From assembly GCF_036507355.1 (NCBI RefSeq), contig NZ_AP027877.1: DNA of 64,000 nucleotides; one strand, 5' to 3'. The stretch comes from Escherichia coli. GTDB taxonomy: Bacteria; Pseudomonadota; Gammaproteobacteria; Enterobacterales; Enterobacteriaceae. Of the stretch, positions 24,926 to 36,892 are shown in pieces. The notes under the pieces are model-generated. The model searched no databases and was not told where the DNA came from. It saw only the letters and a list, made by a program, of their open reading frames with translations. Position 1 is the stretch's first letter. Each line of letters begins with the position of its first letter. The position numbers and the translations under genes were made by a program.

Positions 24926-25103
24926 TCGGGTAGCCGCGTCCGGGGTGTAAATCTGGCATCCCCACTACGCGCTGCATGTTGGGTAAATTTGCCGTGGTGT
25001 GTAATTGTTGGATCGCTAAACTCTCGATCCACAGGTCATCAGATGCGATAATAAATACCGCATCGGATAAGGGACGAATATATTTGCCCATGTACCATTC
25101 CAT
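24837..25103 (-). pseudogene. ykfJ: RtcB-family RNA ligase N-terminal fragment
   Basis: ..[31 protein letters not shown] then out of register; abuts the prfH remnant. Confidence 0.7.
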
Positions 25104-25408
25104 TTATACTCGTCATACTTCAAGTTGCATGTACTGCGACTGCGTTCGTTCACCCCAGTCACTTACTTATGTAAGCTCCTGGGGATTCACTCGCTTGTCG
25201 CCTTCCTGCAACTCGAATTATTTAGAGTATATAAATATAAAAATCAGGAAATGGCAGACGAATCCAGGGCAAGAAAAAAAGAATTAATCCTGGAAAGATC
25301 TGCAAAGAGTCATTGATAAAGGATTTGTCATGATTTACCTCCTTGCAGTTTGTGGAATAAGAAAACGCGCACATACCAGGCGGGCGTTATTTTCATTGCA
25401 AGCTGGAT

Positions 25409-25861
25409 TTAATGTTGCGGTTTATATCGCATATAAAAATTAGTAAACCAAGCTCCACGGCATTCAACGCGCTGCTGCTTAACTGTCTGAAAACCATAAC
25501 GTTCAAAAAAGGGTTTTGCGGTTATGCTGGCGTCCACCGTAAGTTCGGATTCAGACTTAATCAAAGGTTTTAACAAAGCGCTGGCAACCCCACGGCGGGT
25601 GTATTCAGGGTCAACAAATAACATATCGATATAATGTTCAATGCGGGAAATAAAACCAACCGGTTGTGCATTAATGACTGCAACCCGCACTTGTGATTTC
25701 GCGAGTTTCTCCTTCCAGCGAGATTCGTCAATCTGCGCCCAGGCGGCAATTTGTTGTGGTGAATAATGCTGACTGGCGGTCATCGTAACCGCTCTAATGA
25801 AAATAGCGCATAGTTGCTGAAAATCGCCAGGCTGATAGTTTCTTATTTGTATGTTATTCAT
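25409..25861 (-). CDS. yafP: GNAT-family acetyltransferase YafP (150 aa)
   Basis: [25 protein letters not shown]..; start codon overlaps the dinB stop (ATGA). Confidence 0.8.
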   Translation of the reverse strand: MNNIQIRNYQPGDFQQLCAIFIRAVTMTASQHYSPQQIAAWAQIDESRWKEKLAKSQVRVAVINAQPVGFISRIEHYIDMLFVDPEYTRRGVASALLKPLIKSESELTVDASITAKPFFERYGFQTVKQQRVECRGAWFTNFYMRYKPQH

Positions 25862-26913
25862 AATCCCAACACCAGTTGTCTTTCCATTTGCGGGTCAAGC
25901 AACGTCACGTGCAGCCCCACCAGACGCACACCTCGCCCGCCGCGGCGTTCATCCCAGGTTTTACGCGCGGTGGCGATTAAGTCAGCTTTATTCAGCCGCG
26001 GCCAGACGTGCTCCTGAGTGGTTTGCTGAAAATCGTCGAACTTTAATTTCACTCCCTGGCGAGCAATCAGTAAATCAGGTTTTACCTTTGCCAGACGGCG
26101 TTCAAGTTCCGGATACAGCCGCTCGATAATCGCTTCACATTCAGACCAGTGATGAATATCTTCCGCCATCGTGCGTTCCACGCCGACGGATTTTCGTAAC
26201 CGTTCGCTGTTAACGTCGCGCTCGTCAATCCCCTGACTACGCTCCCACAAAATGCGGCCAAATTTGCCAAAGCGTTTAAGCAGAATCACCAGATCACACT
26301 TTTGTACATCACCGCAGGTCCGCAGCCCCATCGCTTCCAGCTTTGCCGCTGAGACTTTGCCAACACCGGGAATTTTTGCCAGCGGTAAGGTTTGCAGAAA
26401 TGCCGGAACTTCTGCCGGCGTAATCACAAACTGGCCGTTGGGTTTATTCATGTCGGAGGCGATTTTGGCGAGAAACTTTACTGGTGCCACGCCCGCAGAC
26501 GCCGTCAGTTGCAGCTCGCTGAAAATCGTCTGGCGGATTTCCTGGGCGATGAGGGTCGCAGAACCGTGGCAATGGACGCTATCGGTGACATCGAGATAAG
26601 CCTCATCCAGTGACAACGGTTCAATGCGCGAGGTGTAGCGCGAGAAGATTTCACGGATATGATTTGAGGCTTCTTTGTAGGCGTCAAAGCGCCCCGGAAG
26701 CAAGGTGAGATGTGGGCATAATTTGAGCGCCATCCCTGTCGGCATAGCGCTGCGTACGCCAAATTTACGCGCGGGATAATTGGCGGTGCTGATCACCCCC
26801 CGACGTTCGCGGCTGCCGCCAATAGCAATAGGGATATCGCGCAGGGCGGGATTGTCGCGCATCTCCACTGCGGCGAAAAAGCAGTCCATATCCACATGAA
26901 TGATTTTACGCAT
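25858..26913 (-). CDS. dinB: DNA polymerase IV (351 aa)
   Basis: [34 protein letters not shown].. Confidence 0.95.
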   Translation of the reverse strand: MRKIIHVDMDCFFAAVEMRDNPALRDIPIAIGGSRERRGVISTANYPARKFGVRSAMPTGMALKLCPHLTLLPGRFDAYKEASNHIREIFSRYTSRIEPLSLDEAYLDVTDSVHCHGSATLIAQEIRQTIFSELQLTASAGVAPVKFLAKIASDMNKPNGQFVITPAEVPAFLQTLPLAKIPGVGKVSAAKLEAMGLRTCGDVQKCDLVILLKRFGKFGRILWERSQGIDERDVNSERLRKSVGVERTMAEDIHHWSECEAIIERLYPELERRLAKVKPDLLIARQGVKLKFDDFQQTTQEHVWPRLNKADLIATARKTWDERRGGRGVRLVGLHVTLLDPQMERQLVLGL

Positions 26914-26983
26914 TACTCACCTCTCAACACTGGTAAAGTATACAGTGATTTCAGGGTTTGAGAAATGCGTAAAGATTCAGCAT

Positions 26984-27874
26984 TTAGCGCGTTCGCTGCG
27001 AAAGCACCTGCTGCTTATCCAGCTTTTGCACCAGCGGCTGCACCACTTTATCCCCATGCTGACCAAAGTATTGATACAGCGTATCGGACGCACTTTTGGT
27101 CAGCACCATAATCTCAATACGCCGATTGCCCGCGCTTTGCGGATTTTTGGCATCCAGCAGCATCTGGTCCGCCATTGCGCTTACCTGCATCACTTTATCT
27201 TCCGGCATTCCGGCCTCTTCCAGCACCCGACGAGCTGAAAGCGCGCGATCGCCCGAAAGGTTCCAGTTGTTGTAGATATTGTTTTTGTAGGCCATCGCAT
27301 CGGTATGCCCGGTAATAATAATTTTGTTATCGAGCGAGTCGAACACTGGCGCGAGCTCCACCAGCAAAGTTTTAAAGAACGGCATAATCTGCGCGCTGCC
27401 GCGTTCGAACATATTGCGATTCTGGTCGTCTTTAATCAGCACGCGTAATCCCTGCGGGACAATCTCCATCTCCAGATTCGCTTCCATATGCGCATCACGG
27501 GCAATGGTGTTGATACTGGTTGCCAACTCGCCAAGCTCGGTGGCGGATTTCTTCTTCAGCAGCGCCGTTTTCTCATTCACATCACGCGCTTTTTTCTCCG
27601 TCTCTTCCGGCACCGCCACGGTGGCAGGTTTTGGCGGATGAGACGGGCTGATTTTATTTAACGGCGACAGCCCACCACCGTTAAAAATCGACTGCCCGTG
27701 CAGCGCGGCGATAATGCTTTCACGCTCGGATTTACTGACGCTGTTGACAATCAACTTTATCGTCGTCACCAAAGGGGCCGAGCGTATTTCCGAGGTTTCT
27801 GCCCGCTTTACCCTGGACGCGATGCCCGGCAAGCAGATGGCGATTGACGCCGATCTTAACGCCGGGTTGATCAA
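26984..27874 (-). pseudogene. lafU: Flag-2 MotB-like LafU remnant (OmpA-like C-terminal domain only)
   Basis: C-terminal OmpA/MotB domain (..IIITGHTDAMAYKNNIYNNWNLSGDRALSARRVLEEAGMPEDKV..NRRIEIMVL); N-terminal part of the ORF is non-native and overlaps lfhA. Confidence 0.6.
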
Positions 27875-29453
27875 CCAGGCACAGGCGCAAACCCGGCGTA
27901 AAGATGTTGCCAGCGAGGCCGATTTCTACGGCGCGATGGACGGGGCATCGAAGTTTGTGCGCGGGGATGCCATCGCCGGGATGATGATTCTGGCGATCAA
28001 CCTAATCGGCGGCGTCTGTATCGGCATCTTTAAATACAACCTGAGCGCCGACGCCGCCTTCCAGCAATATGTGCTGATGACCATCGGCGATGGGCTGGTG
28101 GCGCAGATCCCTTCCCTACTGCTCTCCACCGCGGCGGCGATTATCGTCACCCGCGTCAGCGACAACGGCGATATCGCCCATGACGTGCGCCACCAACTGC
28201 TGGCAAGCCCGACGGTGCTCTACACCGCCACTGGGATCATGTTTGTGCTGGCGGTGGTGCCAGGAATGCCGCACCTGCCGTTTTTGCTGTTCAGCGCCCT
28301 GCTTGGCTTTACCGGCTGGCGGATGAGCAAACGCCCGCAGGCGGCGGAGGCGGAGGAGAAAAGCCTCGAAACGCTAACCCGCACCATCACCGAAACCAGC
28401 GAGCAACAGGTCAGTTGGGAAACCATTCCGCTGATCGAGCCCATCAGTTTAAGCCTCGGCTTCAAGCTGGTGGCGCTGGTCGATAAAGCGCAGGGTAACC
28501 CGCTCACCCAGAGGATTCGCGGCGTGCGGCAGGTGATTTCCGACGGCAACGGCGTGCTGCTGCCGGAGATCCGCATTCGGGAAAACTTCCGTCTCAAGCC
28601 GAGCCAGTACGCCATTTTCATCAACGGCATTAAGGCTGATGAAGCGGATATTCCGGCGGATAAACTGATGGCCCTGCCCTCCAGCGAAACCTACGGCGAG
28701 ATTGACGGCGTGCTGGGGAACGACCCGGCGTACGGGATGCCAGTGACCTGGATCCAGGCGGCGCAGAAAGCGAAGGCGCTGAATATGGGGTATCAGGTGA
28801 TCGACAGCGCCAGCGTGATTGCCACCCATGTGAACAAGATTGTCCGCAGCTATATTCCTGATTTGTTTAACTATGATGACATCACGCAGTTGCATAACCG
28901 TTTGTCGTCGATGGCACCGCGCCTGGCGGAGGATTTAAGCGCGGCGCTCAATTACAGCCAATTGCTGAAAGTGTACCGGGCGCTGCTGACCGAAGGCGTT
29001 TCCCTGCGCGATATCGTCACCATCGCCACCGTGCTGGTCGCAAGTAGCACGGTGACCAAAGATCATATTCTGCTGGCAGCTGATGTGCGCCTGGCACTGC
29101 GGCGCAGCATTACCCATCCGTTCGTTCGCAAGCAGGAGCTGACGGTGTATACGCTGAATAATGAGCTGGAAAATCTGCTGACCAACGTGGTGAATCAGGC
29201 GCAACAGGGCGGGAAAGTGATGCTCGACAGCGTGCCGGTCGACCCGAATATGCTCAACCAGTTCCAGAACACGATGCCGCAGGTAAAAGAGCAGATGAAA
29301 GCGGCGGGGAAAGACCCGGTGCTGCTGGTGCCGCCGCAGCTTCGCCCTTTGCTGGCGCGCTATGCGAGATTGTTTGCGCCGGGGCTGCATGTGCTGTCGT
29401 ATAACGAAGTGCCGGATGAGCTGGAGTTGAAGATAATGGGGGCGCTGATGTAG
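27714..29453 (+). pseudogene. lfhA: Flag-2 FlhA-like LfhA, missing ~130 N-terminal residues
   Basis: Begins mid-protein at ..VVTKGAERISEVSARFTLDAMPGKQMAIDADLNAGLI.. (FlhA family). Confidence 0.7.
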
Positions 29454-29454
29454 G

Positions 29455-29665
<211 letters not shown>

Positions 29666-29675
29666 CTGCGCACAA

Positions 29676-30173
29676 TTATGAAATGATACGCTCCCCGGCA
29701 CTAAAATCCGTTATGTCTCCCGCCCAACCAATGGGATATAACCCTCGCGCCACATCGCGATGGAACGTTGAGAATGGCCAATCACTCACTTGCTTTACCC
29801 AGCCATGTTTCACTGGATTTATATAAATATAATCAACATGATGTCGGTAATCTGTGGTATTGCGAATGGCATGCTCCCAAAAACGCGGTTGCCAGATATT
29901 TTTCAATCCGCAAGCATGGGTGAACTGCTTTTTAATCTCCCGCCAGCGAGAGGAAAAATCATCATCGCTTTCGGGTAATGTCCATATGCAATGCATATGC
30001 TCCGGCAAAACGACCCAGGCGTTAATTTCAAAAGGTCTGTCTCGCTTAACGTTAATAATGGCGTTACGGAGCGTCTGGAACTGGGTGGTCAGAAGATGGC
30101 TTCGACGATTCCGTAAATTTACCGTGAAAAACCATGTTCCCCCCTTGATGTAATACCGACGATATTCCGACAT
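29676..30173 (-). CDS. rayT: REP-associated tyrosine transposase (165 aa)
   Basis: MSEYRRYYIKGGTWFFTVNLRNRR.. ; flanked by REP units on both sides. Confidence 0.85.
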   Translation of the reverse strand: MSEYRRYYIKGGTWFFTVNLRNRRSHLLTTQFQTLRNAIINVKRDRPFEINAWVVLPEHMHCIWTLPESDDDFSSRWREIKKQFTHACGLKNIWQPRFWEHAIRNTTDYRHHVDYIYINPVKHGWVKQVSDWPFSTFHRDVARGLYPIGWAGDITDFSAGERIIS

Positions 30174-30249
30174 AGCGACTCCTTTTTCTCAACGGTAAGA
30201 GGAAAAGGAAAGGTCGGCAATGAGGTGATGGAATAACGGGAAAGCGGCT

Positions 30250-30350
30250 CGCAAAAACGCACAGATTTGTAGGCATGATAAGACGCGCCAGCGTCGCATC
30301 AGGCACCTGCGTACAACTGCCGGATGCGGCGTGAATGCCTTATCCGTCCT
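30250..30350. repeat. REP unit on the other side of rayT
   Basis: Same tgtaggcatgataagacgcgccagcgtcgcatcaggca..ccggatgcggcgtgaatgccttatccg motif. Confidence 0.65.
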
Positions 30351-31098
30351 ACAAAATCGTCTCTTCCGTCAAAATCCGTCGCGCGCCCAAAAAATGATCC
30401 TGCCAGAAAGGTTCAGCTAACCGACTTACCCGAATGGTTTCCCCGGTGCGCGGTGACTCAATAAACTGACCGTCGCCCAGATACACCCCCATATGGTCGG
30501 CAATCTCGCGGCTGTGGATATGGAAAAACAGCAAATCTCCCCGGCGCAGGTCGTTATTCGCCACAATCGTTGCCCGATGGTAGTGATACATCTCATTAGC
30601 CGTACGCGGGAGCTTCGCCTCGAGGATCTTGTTGTAGGCATAAAAAACCAACCCGCTACAGTCGAAGCCTTTATCGGGCCGCGTGCCACCCCAGACGTAA
30701 GGCTTGCCAAGCTGCTGCTCCAGGCGGTGAATCGCCACTTCGGTAATGTTATGCAGATGGTCGCTGCTTAAAAAGTGGTTGTTTTCCGCCAGCGCCTGCC
30801 AGCGTCTGTCACTCGCCTTGAGCGGCGCAGGAAACCATTCTGGATGCTGTTTTATCTGTTCGCGGTTGTGCTGGCGCAGCGCCCTTCTGCTTTCGGCATT
30901 GCCTTCCACAATATAGCTGGCCTGTTTTTTCAGATGGGTTTGGTACTGTTTTAATAAACGCGCACGGTTTTGCATCCGCTGGCGGGCGGCGTAGCTGAAA
31001 GAGATATGTGATGTGGTGGCGCTGGCAAATGAAGAAAACGGCAAACAAATCAACAGTAATCCCGACAATACAAAGGATGGAATCGACGGCAAGGACAT
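30349..31098 (-). CDS. yafL: NlpC/P60-family lipoprotein peptidase YafL
   Basis: NlpC/P60 motif ..GKPYVWGGTRPDKGFDCSGLVFYAY..; start taken at MSLPSIPSFVLSGLLLICLP inside ORF 30349..31158. Confidence 0.75.
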   Translation of the reverse strand: MSLPSIPSFVLSGLLLICLPFSSFASATTSHISFSYAARQRMQNRARLLKQYQTHLKKQASYIVEGNAESRRALRQHNREQIKQHPEWFPAPLKASDRRWQALAENNHFLSSDHLHNITEVAIHRLEQQLGKPYVWGGTRPDKGFDCSGLVFYAYNKILEAKLPRTANEMYHYHRATIVANNDLRRGDLLFFHIHSREIADHMGVYLGDGQFIESPRTGETIRVSRLAEPFWQDHFLGARRILTEETIL

Positions 31099-31307
31099 AC
31101 TCAATAATGGCTGGTCATGCTTTAATGTTGCAGTGTATCCCGGATCGTTTCTGAACAAACTTAATAAACCATTATTATAAAATTAACATATATATTTCAG
31201 TGGATTATGTAAATACATCAGTTTATTGAATTGCTCATGAATTGCCGCTGTTGCTCAATTGAGCTACAATTCAAGCTGAATATATATACAGCACAGGAGA
31301 TATCCCA

Positions 31308-31568
31308 ATGGCTGCAAATGCATTTGTTCGTGCCCGAATCGATGAGGATTTGAAGAATCAGGCGGCGGACGTACTGGCCGGGATGGGGCTGACCATCTCT
31401 GACCTGGTTCGCATAACCCTCACAAAGGTCGCGCGTGAAAAGGCATTGCCGTTTGATTTACGCGAGCCTAATCAATTAACCATTCAATCAATCAAAAACA
31501 GCGAAGCTGGCGTTGGTGTTCATAAGGCCAAAGACGCCGATGATTTATTTGATAAATTAGGAATTTAA
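31308..31568 (+). CDS. dinJ: antitoxin DinJ (86 aa)
   Basis: MAANAFVRARIDEDLKNQAADVLAGMGLTISDLVRITLTKVAREKALPFDLREPNQ.. Confidence 0.9.
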   Translation: MAANAFVRARIDEDLKNQAADVLAGMGLTISDLVRITLTKVAREKALPFDLREPNQLTIQSIKNSEAGVGVHKAKDADDLFDKLGI

Positions 31569-31570
31569 AT

Positions 31571-31849
31571 ATGATTCAAAGGGATATTGAATACTCGGGA
31601 CAATTTTCAAAGGATGTAAAACTTGCACAAAAGCGTCATAAGGATATGAATAAATTGAAATATCTTATGACGCTTCTTATCAATAATACTTTACCGCTTC
31701 CAGCTGTTTATAAAGACCACCCGCTGCAGGGTTCATGGAAAGGTTATCGCGATGCTCATGTCGAACCGGACTGGCTCCTGATTTACAAACTTACCGATAA
31801 ACTTTTACGATTTGAGAGAACTGGAACTCACGCGGCGCTCTTTGGGTAA
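31571..31849 (+). CDS. yafQ: mRNA interferase toxin YafQ (92 aa)
   Basis: MIQRDIEYSGQFSKDVKLAQKRHKDMNKLKYLMTLLINNTLPLPAVYKDHPLQGSWKGYRDAHVEPDWLLIYK.. Confidence 0.9.
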   Translation: MIQRDIEYSGQFSKDVKLAQKRHKDMNKLKYLMTLLINNTLPLPAVYKDHPLQGSWKGYRDAHVEPDWLLIYKLTDKLLRFERTGTHAALFG

Positions 31850-32004
31850 AGCCCGCTTCCGATGAAATTTGTAAACCCTGCGCCGACAGGCTTGCGTAAA
31901 ACTCTTTTGGTGATAATGTGAGCCTTCCAAATCCAGACTATTCCGATTTGGGATCCATTTTGCCGTCCTGGCGTGTGTAACCGTTTTATCAAGGAATAAG
32001 CAGT

Positions 32005-32745
32005 ATGCGTAAAATCGCATTAATTCTTGCGATGTTGTTGATCCCGTGCGTTTCGTTTGCCGGTTTGCTGGGCAGCAGTAGCTCGACCACGCCAGTGAGC
32101 AAAGAGTATAAGCAGCAGTTGATGGGATCCCCTGTCTACATCCAGATCTTCAAGGAAGAACGTACGCTCGATCTCTACGTCAAAATGGGCGAGCAATATC
32201 AACTGCTCGACAGCTATAAAATCTGTAAATATTCCGGCGGCTTAGGGCCAAAACAGCGTCAGGGCGATTTCAAAAGCCCGGAAGGGTTTTATAGCGTCCA
32301 GCGTAATCAATTAAAACCAGACAGCCGTTACTACAAAGCGATTAATATTGGTTTCCCCAATGCCTATGACCGTGCGCATGGTTATGAAGGGAAATACCTG
32401 ATGATCCACGGCGATTGTGTTTCCATCGGCTGCTACGCGATGACCAATCAGGGCATTGACGAGATTTTCCAGTTCGTTACTGGCGCACTGGTATTTGGTC
32501 AGCCGAGCGTGCAAGTGAGCATTTACCCGTTCCGCATGACCGACGCTAATATGAAGCGCCATAAATATTCCAACTTTAAGGACTTCTGGGAGCAGCTGAA
32601 GCCAGGCTACGACTACTTTGAGCAAACCCGTAAGCCACCGACCGTTTCTGTGGTCAATGGTCGTTACGTGGTCAGCAAGCCGTTAAGCCACGAAGTTGTG
32701 CAACCACAGCTGGCATCAAACTACACGCTCCCCGAGGCAAAATAA
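32005..32745 (+). CDS. yafK: L,D-transpeptidase-family protein YafK (246 aa)
   Basis: Signal peptide plus YkuD-like domain (..[23 protein letters not shown]..). Confidence 0.85.
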   Translation: MRKIALILAMLLIPCVSFAGLLGSSSSTTPVSKEYKQQLMGSPVYIQIFKEERTLDLYVKMGEQYQLLDSYKICKYSGGLGPKQRQGDFKSPEGFYSVQRNQLKPDSRYYKAINIGFPNAYDRAHGYEGKYLMIHGDCVSIGCYAMTNQGIDEIFQFVTGALVFGQPSVQVSIYPFRMTDANMKRHKYSNFKDFWEQLKPGYDYFEQTRKPPTVSVVNGRYVVSKPLSHEVVQPQLASNYTLPEAK

Positions 32746-33483
32746 GCGCCATTCGCCTGGCATAATCTTTTGCCAGGTTTCATTGCCCGTCAGCGGCTGT
32801 GTTGCAATCACCGTGACCACATCATTCGGTGTGGTCTGCGAGCTGAAGTCGATTTCCACATCCTGATCCAGCAACGTTGCCACGCCAAACGGCGCGCGGC
32901 GGGTGATCCAGTGTAAATTAGTCGAGCAATACGCCATTACATAGCGCCCGTCAGAAAGCAGCATGTTGAAAACGCCCTTCTGCCGCAGTTCATCCGCCAG
33001 TGAGGCGATATATTTAAATACCGCCGCCATGTTGCCCGGTGTGCGCGGGTAACGCTGCGTTAATTTATGCAGGAGCCAGCAGAAGGCTTTTTCGCTGTCG
33101 GTTTCGCCTACCGGGCGGAAGTTGCCGGTTTCCAGTGATTTGTAGCCCGTCAGTTGTCCGTTATGGGCATAAGTCCAGTTACGCCCCCATAACTCGCGGG
33201 TAAATGGGTGAGTATTTTCCAGCGCCACCTCGCCCCGATTAGCCTGGCGAATATGAGCCACCACCGAACAGGATTTTATCGGGTAGTCCTGGACAAGTTT
33301 GGCGATGGGGGAATTAAAGCTGGGTTGTGGATCTTTAAATGTGCGACAGCCTTTACCTTCGTAAAAGGTAATGCCCCAGCCATCTTTATGTGGCCCGGTT
33401 CCACCACCACGCTGTACAAGCCCGGTGAAACTAAAGCAGATATCGGTAGGGACGTTGGCGCTCATCCCGAGCAATTCGCACAT
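32716..33483 (-). CDS. yafJ: class II glutamine amidotransferase YafJ (255 aa)
   Basis: Starts [12 protein letters not shown] (Ntn-hydrolase Cys2) inside ORF 32716..33498. Confidence 0.85.
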   Translation of the reverse strand: MCELLGMSANVPTDICFSFTGLVQRGGGTGPHKDGWGITFYEGKGCRTFKDPQPSFNSPIAKLVQDYPIKSCSVVAHIRQANRGEVALENTHPFTRELWGRNWTYAHNGQLTGYKSLETGNFRPVGETDSEKAFCWLLHKLTQRYPRTPGNMAAVFKYIASLADELRQKGVFNMLLSDGRYVMAYCSTNLHWITRRAPFGVATLLDQDVEIDFSSQTTPNDVVTVIATQPLTGNETWQKIMPGEWRLFCLGERVV

Positions 33484-33544
33484 GGGTAACCTCCACAACA
33501 GCGGGAGCGCATGGCCCCCGGCGAAGATTGATTTAAGAATTTTC

Positions 33545-33585
33545 AGGTCGGATGCGGCGTGAACGTCTTATCCGGCCTACGCCAG
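33545..33585. repeat. REP unit between yafJ and gmhA
   Basis: gtcggatgcggcgtgaacgtcttatccggcctacgcc. Confidence 0.6.
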
Positions 33586-33587
33586 AC

Positions 33588-34166
33588 TTACTTAACCATC
33601 TCTTTTTCAATTAACTGGATCAGGATATGGATCACTTTAATATGGATCTCCTGAATGCGGTCGGCATAACCAAAGTGCGGAACGCGAATTTCGATATCCG
33701 CCGTGCCAGCCATTTTGCCGCCGTCTTTACCGGTCAGGGTGATCACTTTCATCCCCTTCTCATGCGCCGCCGCGATCGCTTTGATCACGTTTGCAGAGTT
33801 ACCGGAGGTGGAGATCCCAAGCAGTACATCCCCTTCGCGACCTACCGCTTCAACGTAACGGGAGAAAATATCATTGAAACCGAAATCGTTACCGACGCAT
33901 GAAATATGACTAACGTCAGAAATAGCAATCGCCGGGTAGCCCGGACGGTTTTCACGGTAGCGACCGGTCAACTCTTCGGCAAAGTGCATGGCGTCGCAAT
34001 GGGAGCCGCCGTTGCCGCAGGAAAGCACTTTGCCACCGGCTTTAAAGCTATCTGCTAACAGGACCGCCGCGCGCTGAATGGCGTGAATATTGGCGTCATC
34101 TTTTAAAAAGTTAGCCAGCGTTTCCGCCGCTTCGTTCAGTTCGTTACGAATAAGATCCTGGTACAT
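33588..34166 (-). CDS. gmhA: phosphoheptose isomerase (192 aa)
   Basis: Start at [21 protein letters not shown] inside ORF 33588..34328; SIS domain. Confidence 0.9.
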   Translation of the reverse strand: MYQDLIRNELNEAAETLANFLKDDANIHAIQRAAVLLADSFKAGGKVLSCGNGGSHCDAMHFAEELTGRYRENRPGYPAIAISDVSHISCVGNDFGFNDIFSRYVEAVGREGDVLLGISTSGNSANVIKAIAAAHEKGMKVITLTGKDGGKMAGTADIEIRVPHFGYADRIQEIHIKVIHILIQLIEKEMVK

Positions 34167-34405
34167 GAGGATATCCTTCAGCATAAATGTAATAGACAAA
34201 ATGCAGTGTACCGGATACCGCCAAAAGCGAGAAGTACGGGCAGGTGCTATGACCAGGACTTTTTGACCTGAAGTGCGGATAAAAACAGCAACAATGTGAG
34301 CTTTGTTGTAATTATATTGTAAACACATTGCTAAATGTTTTTACATCCACTACAACCATATCATCACAAGTGGTCAGACCTCCTATAAGTAAGGGGCTTT
34401 TCGTT

Positions 34406-36850
34406 ATGATGATTTTGAGTATTCTCGCTACGGTTGTCCTGCTCGGCGCGTTGTTCTATCACCGCGTGAGCTTATTTATCAGCAGTCTGATTTTGCTCGC
34501 CTGGACAGCCGCCCTCGGCGTTGCTGGTCTGTGGTCGGCGTGGGTACTGGTGCCTCTGGCCATTATCCTCGTGCCATTTAACTTTGCGCCTATGCGTAAG
34601 TCGATGATTTCCGCGCCGGTATTTCGCGGTTTCCGTAAGGTGATGCCGCCGATGTCACGCACTGAGAAAGAAGCGATTGATGCGGGCACCACCTGGTGGG
34701 AGGGCGACTTGTTCCAGGGCAAGCCGGACTGGAAAAAGCTGCATAACTATCCGCAGCCGCGCCTGACCGCAGAAGAGCAAGCGTTTCTCGACGGCCCGGT
34801 AGAAGAAGCCTGCCGGATGGCGAATGATTTCCAGATTACTCATGAGCTGGCTGATTTGCCGCCGGAGTTGTGGGCGTACCTTAAAGAGCATCGCTTCTTC
34901 GCGATGATTATCAAAAAAGAGTACGGCGGACTGGAGTTCTCAGCTTATGCCCAGTCTCGCGTGCTGCAAAAACTCTCCGGCGTGAGCGGGATCCTGGCGA
35001 TTACCGTCGGCGTGCCGAACTCATTAGGCCCGGGCGAGCTGCTGCAACATTACGGCACTGACGAGCAGAAAGATCACTATCTGCCGCGTCTGGCGCGTGG
35101 TCAGGAGATCCCTTGCTTTGCACTGACCAGCCCGGAAGCGGGTTCCGATGCGGGCGCGATTCCGGACACCGGGATTGTCTGCATGGGCGAATGGCAGGGC
35201 CAGCAGGTGCTGGGGATGCGTCTGACCTGGAACAAACGCTACATTACGCTGGCACCGATTGCGACCGTGCTTGGGCTGGCGTTTAAACTCTCCGACCCGG
35301 AAAAATTACTCGGCGGTGCAGAAGATTTAGGCATTACCTGTGCGCTGATCCCAACCACCACGCCGGGCGTGGAAATTGGTCGTCGCCACTTCCCGCTGAA
35401 CGTACCGTTCCAGAACGGACCGACGCGCGGTAAAGATGTCTTCGTGCCGATCGATTACATCATCGGCGGGCCGAAAATGGCCGGGCAAGGCTGGCGGATG
35501 CTGGTGGAGTGCCTCTCGGTAGGCCGCGGCATCACACTGCCTTCCAACTCAACCGGCGGCGTGAAATCGGTAGCGCTGGCAACCGGCGCGTATGCTCACA
35601 TTCGCCGTCAGTTCAAAATCTCTATCGGTAAGATGGAAGGGATTGAAGAGCCGCTGGCGCGTATTGCCGGGAACGCTTATGTAATGGATGCTGCGGCATC
35701 GCTGATTACCTACGGCATTATGCTCGGCGAAAAACCTGCCGTGCTGTCGGCTATCGTTAAGTATCACTGTACTCACCGCGGGCAGCAGTCGATTATTGAT
35801 GCGATGGATATCACTGGTGGCAAAGGCATTATGCTCGGGCAAAGCAACTTCCTGGCGCGTGCTTACCAGGGCGCACCGATTGCCATCACCGTTGAAGGGG
35901 CTAACATTCTGACCCGCAGCATGATGATCTTCGGACAAGGAGCGATTCGTTGCCATCCGTACGTGCTGGAAGAGATGGAAGCGGCGAAGAACAATGACGT
36001 TAACGCGTTCGATAAACTGCTGTTCAAACATATCGGTCACGTCGGTAGCAACAAAGTTCGCAGCTTCTGGCTGGGCCTGACGCGCGGTTTAACCAGCAGT
36101 ACGCCAACCGGCGATGCCACTAAACGCTACTATCAGCATCTTAACCGCCTGAGCGCCAACCTCGCCCTGCTTTCTGATGTCTCGATGGCGGTGCTGGGTG
36201 GCAGCCTGAAACGTCGTGAGCGTATCTCGGCACGTCTGGGTGATATTTTAAGCCAGCTTTACCTCGCCTCTGCCGTTCTGAAGCGTTATGACGACGAAGG
36301 CCGTAATGAAGCCGACCTGCCGCTGGTGCACTGGGGTGTACAGGATGCGCTGTATCAGGCAGAACAGGCGATGGACGATTTACTGCAAAACTTCCCGAAC
36401 CGCATGGTTGCCGGGCTGCTGAATGTGGTGATCTTCCCGACCGGACGTCATTATCTGGCACCTTCTGACAAGCTGGATCATAAGGTGGCGAAGATTTTAC
36501 AAGTGCCGAACGCCACCCGTTCACGTATTGGTCGCGGTCAGTACCTGACGCCGAGCGAGCATAATCCGGTTGGTTTACTGGAAGAGGCGTTGGTGGATGT
36601 GATTGCCGCCGACCCGATTCATCAGCGGATCTGTAAAGAGCTGGGTAAAAATCTGCCATTTACCCGTCTGGATGAACTGGCGCACAACGCGCTGGCGAAG
36701 GGGCTGATTGATAAAGATGAAGCCGCTATTCTGGTGAAAGCTGAAGAAAGCCGTCTGCGCAGTATTAACGTTGATGACTTTGATCCGAAAGAGCTGGCGA
36801 CGAAGCCGGTAAAGTTGCCGGAGAAAGTGCGGAAAGTTGAAGCCGCGTAA
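34406..36850 (+). CDS. fadE: acyl-CoA dehydrogenase FadE (814 aa)
   Basis: Start at [24 protein letters not shown] inside ORF 34328..36850. Confidence 0.95.
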   Translation: MMILSILATVVLLGALFYHRVSLFISSLILLAWTAALGVAGLWSAWVLVPLAIILVPFNFAPMRKSMISAPVFRGFRKVMPPMSRTEKEAIDAGTTWWEGDLFQGKPDWKKLHNYPQPRLTAEEQAFLDGPVEEACRMANDFQITHELADLPPELWAYLKEHRFFAMIIKKEYGGLEFSAYAQSRVLQKLSGVSGILAITVGVPNSLGPGELLQHYGTDEQKDHYLPRLARGQEIPCFALTSPEAGSDAGAIPDTGIVCMGEWQGQQVLGMRLTWNKRYITLAPIATVLGLAFKLSDPEKLLGGAEDLGITCALIPTTTPGVEIGRRHFPLNVPFQNGPTRGKDVFVPIDYIIGGPKMAGQGWRMLVECLSVGRGITLPSNSTGGVKSVALATGAYAHIRRQFKISIGKMEGIEEPLARIAGNAYVMDAAASLITYGIMLGEKPAVLSAIVKYHCTHRGQQSIIDAMDITGGKGIMLGQSNFLARAYQGAPIAITVEGANILTRSMMIFGQGAIRCHPYVLEEMEAAKNNDVNAFDKLLFKHIGHVGSNKVRSFWLGLTRGLTSSTPTGDATKRYYQHLNRLSANLALLSDVSMAVLGGSLKRRERISARLGDILSQLYLASAVLKRYDDEGRNEADLPLVHWGVQDALYQAEQAMDDLLQNFPNRMVAGLLNVVIFPTGRHYLAPSDKLDHKVAKILQVPNATRSRIGRGQYLTPSEHNPVGLLEEALVDVIAADPIHQRICKELGKNLPFTRLDELAHNALAKGLIDKDEAAILVKAEESRLRSINVDDFDPKELATKPVKLPEKVRKVEAA

Positions 36851-36858
36851 TTGAATAA

Positions 36859-36883
36859 CGGAGCCGAAAGGCTCCGTTTCTTT
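36859..36883. terminator. Intrinsic terminator between convergent fadE and ivy
   Basis: cggagccgaaaggctccg hairpin followed by TTTCTTT. Confidence 0.65.
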
Positions 36884-36892
36884 ATCCGCTAA

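Noticed and set aside
35549-36659. Two minus-strand ORFs of 163 and 172 aa
   Set aside because: Antisense to fadE; Pro/Arg-rich translation typical of antisense reading
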